Source: Hormiphora californensis
Lineage: Eukaryota; Animalia; Ctenophora
DNA length: 64,000 bases
Assembly: GCA_020137815.1 (NCBI GenBank)
Contig: CM035360.1
Span: 806,001 to 870,000, forward strand
Direction: 5' to 3'
In this document: positions 27,001 to 53,624 of the stretch, piece after piece
Layout of the letters: each line of letters begins with the position of its first letter
Numbering within the stretch: the first letter of the stretch is position 1
Made by a program: the position numbers and the translations under genes
Notes under the pieces: generated by a model
Database searches by the model: none
Told to the model about the DNA's origin: nothing
What the model saw: only the letters and a program-made list of their open reading frames with translations

Positions 27001-28741
27001 AATTTTGCCACCCGCTGCTCTCAGGGCCTCCAAATGTGTCAAAATATGTCTGAATTGTCATTTGGGGTCATTTAGACCTTTTAATTACATGTAATTACCC
27101 TTTAATTACATGTAATTACATTTTAATTACATGTAATTACTTCCAATTACATTCCAATTACTTCAGCACCTCGAGAGCTTTCGAACGCACCCTAGAACAC
27201 CTTTCTACTCCTTCTAATTGCCGAGTTCTGTATACCCCTTATTTTGACTGTTTTTCGCGTCCTACCCCTTATAGGTTTGGGTATGGCCATCGCCACACCC
27301 CCTATACGTCGCGGGACCTCGAAACCTTTCCAACGAGCCATAGAACACCTCTCTACTACTTCAGGGGGCTTCAAAACTTTCACTCTAAAAATATCTATGG
27401 TTATGGTTATGGTTTATGGTTTTTTTTTCATCTGGTATTAAGGGCCTGTCGGCTCGGCCCCGTTGTTTTAGTTTTAGGGGGGATGTTTTAGGGGGATGGG
27501 TTGAGTTTGGGTTATATTCGGGTCGGGGGGCCTTCCCAGGCCCCGAATGGTTTTTTTTTCATCTGGTATTAAGGGCCTGTCGGCTCGGCCCCGTTGTTTT
27601 AGTTTTAGGGGGGATGTTTTAGGGGGGATGGGTTGAGTTTGGGTTATATTCGGGTCAGGGGGCCTTGCCAGGCCCCGAATCATTAATTAATTAATTACTC
27701 TCTCTATGTAGGGTGGACTGGTTATTGACTTCGACAACAGGCCTTTACCGACCATAATGGACCATGTGAGAATAATATAACTTCTAAATAGCTTTGTGTG
27801 TGTATTGCAGGAGTATGTGCAGCTGCCAGCGCCTCTCCGAAAGGGTCAGCGCGATGCCTGATACACAATGTGAGATTATACAATTTATGTTTGTGGTGCC
27901 TAGCTTATAATGTTCACACGCCTGCGAATTCACACGTGTGTACCGTGTATACGTGCGTGTATCTGGGCTACGGTGTGGGTGTCATTACCGCTGAGAGTGA
28001 GTAGCCTGATTGGCCCCCAAGATCCAACCTTTCATGAGTTGAGGATGGACATGGCGAAGAGAGCTAGCAGACATCCCGCGTGTGAGACTAATAATACAAC
28101 TACAAGTATTGTGCTTGGGTAGAATTATAGTTGGTAACGAAATTACCCCTCGCAGAGGAATCGCATTATCGTGCCCGCAAGGTAGGGGTAATTTCGTTAC
28201 CAAGGTAGTTTATAATAGCATTGTGTATGGCTACATGAATTGTAAACCGTTTGGTTATATGAAGCTGTAAAACTCATAAAACTAACTATAGCTTCTTTAC
28301 TGCGACTGTAACTTCACTTGAAACCTTTATGATTCTCTACTCTCTTCGACAGCATAGCTCATTATATATAACAGGACCTCCCTCAACTATAACTCACAGT
28401 TAACTCTTGTTACTAGGGTAACGAAGGTAACATACCATTCTACCGTAATGTTTCTGGTTTCTATAGTGACGGAGATATTCCCCATGAGTCAACGCTAACT
28501 CAGGTAAATCTCTCTATTTTTGAAACAATCCTCCAGTAAAACGAAGGTGCCCCGATTTACTATACTGGGATCACCAGGGTAAATGAAATTTATCCTCCTG
28601 GTAATTCGCGGTCCTACTGTACGGTGGTACCATGACAAATATGCAACGTTACCATGACAATTGTGGTTACCATGACAACTGGATTTTCCTCAGGATGACG
28701 AGGGACAGAATGAGCCGGATGATGTGGCTGGGTCTCTATAA
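348..28741 (+). CDS. PNPLA6/7: Patatin-like phospholipase PNPLA6/PNPLA7 (neuropathy target esterase / swiss cheese) homolog, 5'-partial, multi-exon
   Basis: GT-AG exons at about 348/457-606, 841-974, 1120-1251, 1345-1484, 1647-1835, 2052-2119, 2199-2314, 2473-2650, 2969-3145, 3287-3425, 3649-3843, 4016-4133, 4941-5106, 5381-5537, 5764-5899, 25184-25296, 25702-25875, 27712-27765, 28417-28503, 28694-28741. They encode cNMP-binding domains ([24 protein letters not shown]), the patatin motifs GGGGARG, GTSIG and DGG, and the NTE C-terminal motif [15 protein letters not shown]. Phases agree across the 19.3 kb intron 5900-25183. The last three exons are less certain. Confidence 0.95.
1846..2014. repeat. 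(TTTG)n microsatellite in a PNPLA intron; (CT)n tracts also at ~3445-3645, 20607-20796, 51912-52010, 59130-59392
   Basis: Directly visible simple repeats that make up most of several introns. Confidence 0.97.
5117..5288. mobile_element. Tc1/mariner-type MITE (CAGTCGGACCCCGATTTA TIR); family copies at ~46618-46758, ~47460-47552, ~55360-55465, 59955-60039
   Basis: TIR CAGTCGGACCCCGATTTA...TAAATCGGGGTCCGACTG flanked by TA on both sides; recurrent in the window. Confidence 0.8.
5996..13208 (-). CDS. Nested antisense gene: signal peptide + three ~140-aa beta-rich repeats + Sushi/CCP domain; exon 2 interrupted by a MITE
   Basis: Exons 13208-13154 ([18 protein letters not shown], signal peptide), 12974-12110 (repeat 1), 7427-6576 (repeats 2-3), 6474-6301 (Sushi: CPGF...[30 protein letters not shown]), 6072-5996. 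All junctions are GT-AG and phase 1. Repeat motif [16 protein letters not shown]...[18 protein letters not shown]...[12 protein letters not shown]...WGGDV. Confidence 0.8.
8640..11680. repeat. 163-bp tandem repeat array, interrupted by the foldback element
   Basis: Unit anchor ATTTCGACGCAGAAT at 8648, 8811, 8974, then 11427 and 11590 (163-bp spacing); inverted partial copy near 8485-8525. Confidence 0.85.
9088..11368. mobile_element. Non-autonomous foldback / Mutator-like DNA transposon with ~1 kb inverted arms
   Basis: Arms ~9092-10105 and ~10375-11364 are reverse complements. 9-bp TSD TTAATGCAT at 9079-9087 and 11369-11377. G terminus; subterminal CTATGGCTCAT and 10-bp GTGAGTGACAC-type repeats. 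Confidence 0.85.
11709..12086. mobile_element. MITE with ~80-bp TIRs
   Basis: TAGACCAAAAAACAAAGG...GAAATGCACCC at the left end and its reverse complement at 12008-12086; TSD ambiguous (possibly TA). Confidence 0.75.
12257..12706. mobile_element. Kolobok-like MITE inserted into a coding exon
   Basis: ~95-bp TIRs with AGG...CCT termini; TTAA TSD at 12253-12256 and 12707-12710. Removing it restores the reading [13 protein letters not shown] of the nested gene. Confidence 0.88.
14292..15320 (+). CDS. LINE ORF1 (gag-like) with CCHC zinc knuckles
   Basis: 342-aa ORF with CYHCQGYGH...C and [13 protein letters not shown]; probable frameshift near the C-terminus. Confidence 0.82.
   Translation: MTVTSNYDICITKSDFEDVLSGEVFSNDYKGSDLLVCLGRGDTVCPSSVHKPQLWHLLKACYNMLPASAPFSVPGDQTDLKESFAKLHKDLVSTISALVKPMENSRSDIGGGDPEEPVTPTMKHYVNIKTGINEEGGPGFCAKKWTDEVKPKVETALKTIPVVRSRVNSDHTRLYFPNEDQMKEAEKVLTPLAQDCSMSFFSEEAKKLEPKVTINDLNPELLEKETILAAILDKNEDIRKLYHEDKKLKVVFVSERDRYAVIQMAPEIRRLLSNNGDKLNLGLRQHFVKNRYHVIQCYHCQGYGHIAGSIYCPQKENPVCCFCAGTHQTKDCRAKKTTRLVR
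15447..16743. mobile_element. hAT-like non-autonomous element nested in the LINE
   Basis: CAG...CTG termini, 8-bp TSD GTCAGCAA (15439-15446, 16744-16751), CCGAA subterminal repeats; sequence quality is poor. Confidence 0.65.
18453..19713 (+). pseudogene. LINE ORF2 reverse transcriptase (frameshifted)
   Basis: [39 protein letters not shown] and WNELPLELR motifs split over three ORFs. Confidence 0.92.
21886..23011. mobile_element. Palindromic non-autonomous DNA element with G-run termini and TGTAACA subterminal repeats
   Basis: GGGGTGACACGTAA...TTACGTGTCACCCC termini; internal inverted arms ~22190-22500 vs ~22500-22840; TAAATT flanks both ends. Confidence 0.7.
23477..23576. other. Scaffold gap (100 N)
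   Basis: Run of N. Confidence 1.
26475..27680. repeat. Tandem duplications (two ~476-bp units, then two ~130-bp units) in a PNPLA intron
   Basis: ACCTCGACCAAAACGCGG at 26475 and 26950 with near-identical units; block flanked by ATCATTAATTAATTAA. Confidence 0.85.
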
Positions 28742-30280
28742 TGAACAATATAAGAATTCCCAGATTACTAGTGTTCATCATGCTGCGTTAATTATCTAAC
28801 AGTATGCGTTATTGAGTTATCTATCAGCTCGAGTTGAGATTTAGAGAGTTCAAAAACTCAGCTTGCATCTTGCATGCGGGGATTATATGTTGTCATGGTG
28901 AAAATGATATACACGTCGTACACGATGCCCCAAATTTGTGTAACTTTTTTTTCCCAAACACAAACACAAGATTTAACCACATTCATATTCGGCTCTTATT
29001 TGTATAGAACTTGTTTTGGATTTTTGTTGAAAACTTACGTGTGTGTTCTGTGTGTGTAACTTGTACCATAATTTAATTTGAAGCAAAGATCGGTGATTTA
29101 TCTCGAATTCTGCAGTTCCCAGTCTCTCGACCAAATCTCAATTCGCCCAGGCCCACACCCCCCCCCCCCCGCGAATGCCTCCCTTCCCCTAGTTTGAACT
29201 AACCTCTTCCCACCCCTGTTTAGCTCTCCCCAACTCCACTAACCTCTCCCCAAATTATTTAGCTCACCCCACGTGATGGCATCGCATCAGGCGAGACACC
29301 AGTTATCCCGGTTCACCAACAGAACAATTCCTGTCTCTACATCCCTTGCATATGCAGGTACATGTGTAATGTATAATGTACATTGTGTATACATTATACA
29401 TTGTATACATTATACATTGTATACAGTCTGGTGGCTCGCCCATTCAGTACCTAACCGATTTTCTTTGCCGTTGATCCTAGAAAGAGCTAATTAAGTAATT
29501 ATGAGCTAATTAATTATTTCCAGTTAGTCAGTTAAACAGAAAGGCAGGCAAGGATGGTTATAAAGACGCATGGAAGTTTCACGAGGAGCACTTCCCCAAA
29601 AGCAGGTACACATGACTCGTGTCATGAGCACAACTGTCTCCATATAAATATACCCCCCCCCCCAATAGATACAGGCAGCCCCTAATGTAACCCCAATAAT
29701 GCCCCTATTGTAACCTCCCACCCCAATTATACAGATACAGACAGCACCTATAAATTTAACCCCCACACCCCCAATTATAGATACAGACAGCAGTATCGGT
29801 ATATGGCCCAGAGTAGGATGTACAGTGCGGTAATGAAGACCCGGTTAGAGTTCCTGGAATCGGGGTATAAACAACGGGGATTTATCTTCGACTATACTAA
29901 AGGTAACAAAATTGCAATTGCAAGAAGCGCGCTACTCTAGGTGCAACCCTCTAAAAATTATAAATACCGCCCATTATGCCGCCCTACCCGGACCCCAACA
30001 ACAAACCTACTGTCCTATCGTCAACAAAAATACCGTTCCCAGGAAGAGATGATGATCCGAGATCATTGCGGCGAGCCCGAGAACACACCAACCCTTCCTC
30101 CTACTCCTTGACAGAAACTCTTATTAAACCTTCTGATATCCGTTAATAGAGTTGTTAGCAAGATGAATATATTATACGAAGTTTGATGAAATCTATGCAG
30201 TTTTTAATTGAGTATTCATAACCGACTCCAAAACCACTACATTGGCAATACAACTCTAAAATCCCAGCCACATTTTAGCG

Positions 30281-33200
30281 ATGTCTACAACAGCTGCAGC
30301 GTCGGAGTCAAGTGTTGATGACCTGCTACAGCAGCTACTGGGGGATCCACTTTTAGGTGACAATAATATTATAGAAGTATTTGACAGACTGCCAAATAGT
30401 TGTTTTTACCAGGAACCGACCGAATCTGGAAATACTGGTCCCTGATTGGCTGATAACCAGTCACGTGACCTAAATAACGAGTTGTTCTTGGGAGTGGGTG
30501 GGGACGGGTGCGGTCGGTTCTGCGTTTTAGTACTAACAATGGCAGTTAATTCAACCCACCCAGGCTAGGGCGGCCAGCAGGCCACCACAGGCGCCGAGGT
30601 CCCACTGAGGAGCAACCACAGGCGCCGAGGGCGGCCATCGGCAGGCGCACTCACAGGCGCACCAAAGGACGCCACGCAGGCGCACACAAAGGCGCAATAC
30701 TAGGCGCCGAGGGCGCCACGCAGGCGCACCACAGGCGCCGAGGGGCGCCACGCAGGGCGCACCACAGGGCCGAGGGCGCCTAAGCAGTGCGCAAAACCGG
30801 CGCGAGGGCGCCACGCCAGGCTCACCACAGGAGCCGAGGGCGCCACGCAGCGCTACACAGGCGCCGAGGGCGCCACGCAGGCGAACCACAGGCGCCGAGG
30901 GCGCCACGCAGGCGCACCAACAGGCGGCGATGGCGCAAGCAGGAGCACCACAGGCGCCGATGGGCCGCTCACGCAGGCGCACCAAGCGCCGAGGGCGCCA
31001 CGAAGGCGCACCAAAGGGCGCCAGGGCGCCACGCGGCGCACCACAGGCGCCGAGGGCGCCAACGCAGGCGCCACCACAGTGTAGCCGAGGGCTGCCACGC
31101 AGGTGCTACCACAGGGCGCCGAGGGCGCCACGCAGGCGCACCACAGGCGCCGAGGGCGCCACGCAGGCGCACCACAGGCGCCGAGGGCGCCACGCAGGCG
31201 CACCACAGGCGCCGAGGGCGCCACGCAGGCGCACCACAGGCGCCGAGGGCGCCACGCAGGCGCACCACAGGCGCCGAGGGCGCCACGCAGGCGCACCACA
31301 GGCGCCGAGGGCGCCACGCAGGCGCACCACAGGCGCCGAGGGCGCCACGCAGGCGCACCACAGGCGCCGAGGGCGCCACGCAGGCGCACCACAGGCGCCG
31401 AGGGCGCCACGCAGGCGCACCACAGGCGCCGAGGGCGCCACGCAGGCGCACCACAGGCGCCGAGGGCGCCACGCAGGCGCACCACAGGCGCCGAGGGCGC
31501 CACGCAGGCGCACCACAGGCGCCGAGGGCGCCACGCAGGCGCACCACAGGCGCCGAGGGCGCCACGCAGGCGCACCACAGGCGCCGAGGGCGCCACGCAG
31601 GCGCACCACAGGCGCCGAGGGCGCCACGCAGGCGCACCACAGGCGCCGAGGGCGCCGCAGGCGCACCACAGGCGCCGAGGGCGCCACGCAGGCGCACCAC
31701 AGGCGCCGAGGGCGCCACGCAGGCGCACCAAAGGCGCCGAGGGCGCACGCAGGCGCACACAGGCGCCAGGCGCCACGCAGGCGCACCACAGGCGCCGAGG
31801 GCGCCACGCAGGCGCACCACAGGCGCCGAGGGCGCCACGCAGGCGCACCACAGGCGCCGAGGGCGCCACGCAGGCGACCACAGGCGCCGAGGGGCGCCAG
31901 CAGGCGCACCACAGGCGCCGAGGCGCCACGCAGGCGCACCACAGGCGCCGAGGGCGCCACGCAGGCGCACCACAGGCGCCGAGGGCGCCACGCAGGCGCA
32001 CCAGCAGGCGCCGAGGGCGCCACGGCAGGGGCACACCACAGGCGCCGAGGGCGCCACGCAGGCACAACAGGCGCCGAGGGCGCCACGCAGCGCACACAGT
32101 GCAGGCGCACGCACACCAGAGGACGCACCACAAGGCGCGAGGGCGCCACGCAGGCGCACCACAGGCGCCGAGGGCGCCACGCAGGCGCACCACAGGGCCG
32201 AGGGCGCCACGCAGGCGCACCACAGGCGCGAGGGCGCCACGCAGGCGCACCACAGGCGCCGAGGGCGCCACGCAGGCGCACCACAGGCGCCGAGGGCGCC
32301 ACGCAGGCGCACCACAGGCGCCGAGGGCGCCACGCAGGCGCACCACAGGCGCCTAGGGCGCCACGCAGGCGCACCACAGGCGCCGAGGGCGCCACGCAGG
32401 CGCACCACAGGCGGCCGAGGCGCCACGCAGGCGCACCACAGGCGCAGAGGCGCACCACCAGCGCCCGATGGCGCCACGCAGGCGCACCACAGGCGCCGAG
32501 GGCGCCACGCAGGCGCACCACAGGCGCCGAGGGCGCCACGCAGGCGCACCACAGGCGCAGAGGGCGCCACGCCAGGCGCACCACAGGCGCCGAGGGCGCA
32601 CGCAGGCGCACCACAGGCGCCGAGGGCGCCACGCAGGCGCACCACAGGCGCCGAGGGCGCCACGCAGGCTGCACCACAGGCGCCGAGGCGCACGCAGGCG
32701 CACCACAGGCGCCGAGGGCGCCACGCAGGCGCACCACAGGCGCCGAGGGCGCCACGCAGGCGCACCACATTCTCCTATTTCTCCACTCATTCTCACCACA
32801 TTCTCCTATTTCTCCACTCATTCTCACCACATTCTCCTATTTCTCCACTCATTCTCACCACATTCTCCTATTTCTCCACTCATTCTCACCACATTCTCCG
32901 TTGCATTGTTCATGCTTTCTTTTTAGCACGAACACGGTATCAGGCGACTCAAATTCTCCACTCATTCACCAACTAAACGACTTGATGGTCAATACCTTAT
33001 ATTACCTTCCCTTCCCTCTCTAGGAGATCTTCCTGAAGATGTAGATGAGGAAGATGTTAGGTGTCAAATTGCACGTGCACGTGGGCACGTGATAGAACTG
33101 GTGCTGACACGACCTGGAGATAACAAGGTAAGTAAGGGTTTTTACATTTTCGAAATCAAAACCTTTCATTTGGCACCAAGAAACTGATGTCAGTTTCGAA

Positions 33201-35923
33201 TTTTGTTATCGATCCAAATCCAATTCACTATGTGCAATTCATTGAGCTGTTTGATACAGTACATGACTCTGTATTTCAGGCATTTTGTTCATTGCTGTAT
33301 ATCTACTACTAGATCAAGGTGTGTGTGTACTGTGTATAGTGTGTGTACTGTGTACTGTGTAGTATACTACACATCACATTATAATTTATATATATCTGCA
33401 GGTCAAGGTGTGTGTTCTACATAACGCCAGGGTGGCCCACCTTGAGAGGATTGTGACCAAGGCACTGAGGAGATCAACACCCCACCTGCCCAAATCATAC
33501 TCATGGAGGTACGTGTTTTTTAGCTCTCTTTCACTAGAATGGGGTTTTACGTACATTGGTGTTCATATACAAAACAAAAACCGATATTTTAATTGGGGAG
33601 AGGGAGGAACTTTTTTTGTCTCATATGAGACCCTCCTCTTCGCACCGGGCCGAAGGCCCGGTGCGGCTACGTGAGGCCGTTGCGCAGTGTACAGTCAGTG
33701 TAGGACAAGACTTTTTAGGGGTAAACATACTTCACAAAGAAGGAATGGAATCTAAAAAGGCCTTTCCTGAAAAGTGAAAGTTATATCTTCTGTACGTCAC
33801 CATCCGATATAGTGAGAAATGACCATGAGGTCAGGGACATGCGGCACGTAGGCTACATATTTGTGATCTACAGTAGAGTTGATGTAATGATCTAATATGG
33901 GCATGATATCTTAAATCACTGTGATCCGATATGGATATGTGTGTATCGTGTTTAACACGGTAGAAAATATGATATAGGAGTTAGAGATTCGATTACTGGA
34001 GCCAGTTTCTTGATGCCAGAGAATCACTCTGCTGCTGACACTGTCGCGCGGCGCTACTTTCAATGCAATTCACATCGAAATCCCTGCTAGTCATCGAAGA
34101 TGTTGCGCGCAGCATGGTTCATAAGGATTCTCCCAGCTAACTACTGGTGTCAGTTTGCTGCAGCCTGGTGTCAGTTTCCAATCTGCAACTGGAGCGTAAT
34201 CCATAATTCAACTTCCTTATATGGCTATAATAATACTATTGAACATAATCATGTTACTTCTTGAATATTAGCTTTGCTTACTTCTTTCCCCTTGCATCTT
34301 CTAGAACAAGAATATTTACAAATAGTTAGGGGATTTTAGTAAAAAAAGGGCCGAGTTTTCAGCAAAATTTTTAACAAGCTAATTTCTTCACCAATAGGTC
34401 CGGATAGGTGTCTAGTATGACCAAAAAAAGTACACAATAATCGGAAGTGCGCATGCACACTGAGCGCGCAAGAAATAAACACATGTAAATACATGTATTT
34501 CTAGCCTGGCACGAAAACCCAAAAACCATCTTAGGAGACGAGTAGAGAAAAAACCAAGGGCACTAGATTGTGTAGCGTCCTCGCATTAGTGGGGGTAGGT
34601 GCTAGAATTAAGTCTCTATCTCATCTGGTTAATTAGATAATTGGATAATTAGATATGCGCATAACCGTATTTTGGCTATACGGCTATAGCCACTTAGGAA
34701 TGGTTTAGAGACTTTTCACTGTTGCCATTTCGTAGGCAATAGCCAAGTTATGGGGGGTCGACGTCGGACTTTTAAGCTCTATCTCCAACCGTTTGGCCGC
34801 TATTTGGCTTTAAAGATGCTCAAAATCGGGCTTTTTACCGTTTTTTGCTCATTATTATTATTATTATTGTGTACTTTTTTTTGGTCATACTAGACACCTA
34901 TCCGGACCTATTGGTGAAAAAATTAGCTTGTTAAAAATTTTGCTGAAAAAATATACTAAAATCCCCTTACTAAAATATGGCAGGGAAGTACAAATACATG
35001 TATTTCCTTGCCATCGGGCATGTGAACATCCCTATCACATGTGATAATAATAATAATACATAATAACCCGGGCAGAGGAAAAAAAAAACCATAAAATGTA
35101 TAAGCCATGAGGGTAAACTGCACTGATAAAATATCGGGGTAATTAGGAAATTGGCAGATCAATATTTTGAAACGATAACGGTGATCATGATAAGAAATAC
35201 TGCGCTCTATCATGTCCTCTTTTTGTTCTAAAAAACTTTTGGCTTATCAGTTAGTCGTACTGCCAAAAGTAACACAGTTTTGAGTAAGAATCGAAGAGTC
35301 AAGATTATTATCAAGATTATATATTACAATTCGAAAGTTGAATCACTTTCAAGCAAGTGATTGGGACAGGCAGTTTGGGCGTCACGTTGGTAACGAAATT
35401 AGGGTATATGACTGATGTCGAACGGACGATAACTCATATCGGGTCGAAAGCTCGAAAATGTGGCCCTAACCCGAACCCGAACGATAGCCGTAGCCATGTC
35501 TTAGGAAGACAGTACACAGTAAACTCTTCGTATTTGGCCTAGCGGCCAAATTCTTGAGCTCACATCCTCGGTGATTTACCGTCCGTTCGACTTTTAGTCC
35601 GGACCCCACGAAATTACCCCTACCTTGCGGGCACCGTAAAACGTTGTACTTATTACTGTGATGCCTTATGAGGGGTAATTTCGTTACCATGCCACCCCTT
35701 CACACCGCTCAGTAAGAGCTTGGTAGAAGGTCACTGCAAACTTCGTTATATTTCCTGCAGTTCACTATGGAAGCGGTATTGCCTCCAAGTTGGTTCAGTT
35801 CGTCTCAGTAGCCGGAATAAGATGGTTGTACACTACGGGGTAAAGAACAATGACAAGCTCAAGTTTGCTAAGAGACTCAGGAATGATGTGTTAGCTGGTG
35901 TTGAGCGTCGTATGAACACTTGA
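30281..35923 (+). CDS. SNRNP25: U11/U12 snRNP 25 kDa protein homolog (ubiquitin-like fold), 149 aa
   Basis: Exons 30281-30356, 33024-33127, 33402-33508, 35761-35923 splice in frame to ...GDPLLGDLPEDVDEEDVRCQIARARG...SYSWSSLWKRYCL...YGVKNNDKLKFAKRLR, matching the recalled SNRNP25 motifs DPLLxDLP, SWxxxWxxYxL and YGIxNxDxxxFxKxL. Not recovered by the ORF track. Confidence 0.85.
30409..30521. mobile_element. ~110-bp hAT-like MITE (CAGGAACCGAC TIR); copies at 54064-~54155 and 58244-58352
   Basis: Three near-identical copies; the 58244 copy has complete TIRs and 8-bp flanks CAATATGT/CAATATAT. Confidence 0.75.
30584..32767. repeat. GC-rich 31-bp tandem array (CACCACAGGCGCCGAGGGCGCCACGCAGGCG)n, about 70 units; probably miscalled
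   Basis: Exact 31-bp period in the core with degenerate edges; unit contains no T; lies in intron 1 of SNRNP25. Confidence 0.9.
32763..32899. repeat. 31-bp tandem array (CACCACATTCTCCTATTTCTCCACTCATTCT)n, about 4.4 units
   Basis: In phase with the GC-rich array; unit contains no G. Confidence 0.93.
34329..34966. mobile_element. PIF/Harbinger (Tourist-like) MITE
   Basis: GGGGATTTTAGTA...TACTAAAATCCCC termini, ~110-bp imperfect TIRs, TTA TSD (34326-34328, 34967-34969). Confidence 0.8.
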
Positions 35924-37337
35924 ATATTCATTGATGACGTAAATAATAAATATGCGAAACTTGAAAGTGAGGTGGGTTGAGGGTGTGTCTGAACTCTGAA
36001 TGGAGCTTGTCTGGTGGCCTCGATTTGATTCTCATATGACAGTGCACTCAAATGGGGTCTGCGGTGCCAGACCGAATGAAGCATTCATGTTTGAATACTA
36101 CCGAAAACTGGGGGTCCAGCCCTAAAATATGGCATCGGTAGCCTGATTTTTTTTAGCTTTTACAAGTTCAAAATTTTAAAAGAGCTCAAAGCTTGGCCTT
36201 TTTAGGGCTGGACCGGGTCCCCCCTAAGACTGCTGTACAGTTACATAACTCAAAAGTAACTCAAAAGTGACATTGCTATTATATCATTGCTATTATATCA
36301 TTGCTGCCTGCTGCATGTGATGTACAATTCCGGATTAGTGTCCCACTGTCTTTGCGTGACCTGTGATTTTGGGTGATGAGTGGGTTCCATTCAAATGCTC
36401 ATAACTCATCGAAAAAGAGGTCAAAACGGCTCAACCAAAAACAGTGTTGTAGAGAATTGTCAGGCGAACATTTGGGTACAAGATTGATGTTCCAAGTCTT
36501 ACCAACCGTCAGATATATCGTCTTAAAGTCAAAAATACGTGTTCATGAAATCCGACCGGGGTTCACGTTTTGAAAAATTCACAAATGTAAAGTTGCTCGG
36601 ATCACATTGCATCCCTCATAAGAGTTGTAGGAAATTGTCTGGCGGTCATTTTGGTACCCGGGTTTTTGTCCTAGCTCAATGTTTAGAGTGTCTTATGACT
36701 GTCAGAACTGGAATTTTCGCAAAAGTGGTTTCAGGTATCGCATTACATTTTGCTCTGTTATGAAGCTCATTGCTGCTTGAATAACATCTTAGTGCATGAT
36801 AGGGTTGAGAAAGACCACTTGCGTATCCTACACATTAACAGGGGCCTTGCCAAATCGTCATAACAACCCTGTCAAGTGTCTAGATGAAATTGAGACGATA
36901 TGTGCTGATTATCATGGGATTACACACGACACCGAGCCACCTAATTAGGCGTTGTGAGCCGATACCAACTAAGACTCAGCGTAGAAAAATCATTATGTTC
37001 ATACAGTCATAACGCAACTAATACGTAGAGCTATGGAAAAAATCATGGTATCAAAATGAACCTTAGACGATTCCAATGAAGCTCTTATAAATTTCAAACC
37101 ATTTTACCCATTTGTTGATGACACGTGATCCCCTCAAAAATGTTGGTTGAATTTCGTCTTTAGACAGTCATAAGACAATCTAACCATTGAGCTAGGACAA
37201 AAACGCGAGTACCAAAATGACCGCCAGACAATTTCCTACAACTCTTATGAGGGATGCAATGTGATCCGAGCAACTTTGCATTTGTGAATTTTTCAAAACG
37301 TGAATCCCGGTCGGATTTCATGAGCACGTATTTTTGA

Positions 37338-37619
37338 TGTCCCAACCTTGGCGGGCTGGTGACACCGACCGCGGCATAATAGAGCTTGGAGTGGGGGCCA
37401 CTGTTGGACCTCCGAACTGGTCTCGCGTATGTTAGCGTGTGTTCAGGCATTCAGGAAAAAAGACGTTGATTCAGTTGTTCAAAATCAAATAGCTAATATA
37501 ACAAACGTTTCGACATAAGAATGTCCTCTTCAGTGTTAAGCTTTTTTCCTGAATGCCTGAACACACGCTAACATACGCGAGACCAGTTCGGAGGTCCAAC
37601 AGTGGCCCCCACTCCAAAG
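37338..37619 (-). mobile_element. Penelope-like element terminal fragment with internal inverted duplication
   Basis: 12-bp TSD ACGTATTTTTGA (37326-37337, 37620-37631), single-copy in the opposite TIR; ~75-bp inverted arms flank a hammerhead motif. Confidence 0.7.
37499..37538 (-). ncRNA. Minimal type I hammerhead ribozyme
   Basis: Minus strand reads TAACA-CTGAAGA-G-GACAT-TCTT-ATGTC-GAAA-CG-TT-TGTTA: stem I TAACA/TGTTA, core CUGANGA, stem II GACAT/ATGTC, GAAA, palindromic loopless helix III, GUU cleavage triplet. Confidence 0.75.
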
Positions 37620-37895
37620 ACGTATTTTTGACTTTAAGACGATATATCTGACGGTTGGTAAGACTTGGAACATCAATCTTGTACCCAAATGTTCGCCTGA
37701 CAATTCTCTACAACACTGTTTTTGGTTGAGCCGTTTTGACCTCTTTTTCGATGAGTTATGAGCATTTGAATGGAACCCACTCATCACCCAAAATCACAGG
37801 TCACGCAAAGACAGTGGGACACCCTGTATATTAACTTGTACCATTTAACTTTTTGAGCAAATCGTTAACAGCGAGTGTTTTGTTATATATATTAG

Positions 37896-53312
<15,417 letters not shown>

Positions 53313-53624
53313 ATTATTTAGATGGCGGAAAAAAAGACAAGAGTTTATGGACAAAGTTAAATTGCATGGCAATGAAAATAGTATTTTACACGTAACCTGC
53401 TTTACACGTCCATTCAGATCAGGGATGCTTTTGAATGGACGTGTAAAATCAAGTCATACGTTTTTGTTTATAAAAATTATCAAGGTTTTTATTTTAAATT
53501 ATTTTAAATTAAAAATTATTTTAAATTAAAAATTATCAAGGTTTTTCATTTGTAATTTCAAATCAACCACAGCTCGTTTGAAGATAACTGGAGTTGTATT
53601 AATAGAATCTAAAGAGCGTGGTTT

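Larger units (their letters stand above)
36338..37826. mobile_element. Tc1/mariner-derived non-autonomous element with ~370-bp TIRs
   Basis: Right end GTGGGACACCCTG|TA (CAGGGTGTCCC-type terminus); left end lacks the first 4 nt; arm 36338-36704 matches 37162-37337 plus 37632-37822. Confidence 0.78.

Noticed and set aside
26716-27441. Duplicated 63-77 aa ORFs
   Set aside because: Arise from the 476-bp tandem duplication; no domain or splice support.
30551-33023. Long ORFs (up to 729 aa) in all six frames
   Set aside because: By-product of a stop-free 31-bp repeat inside an intron, probably miscalled.
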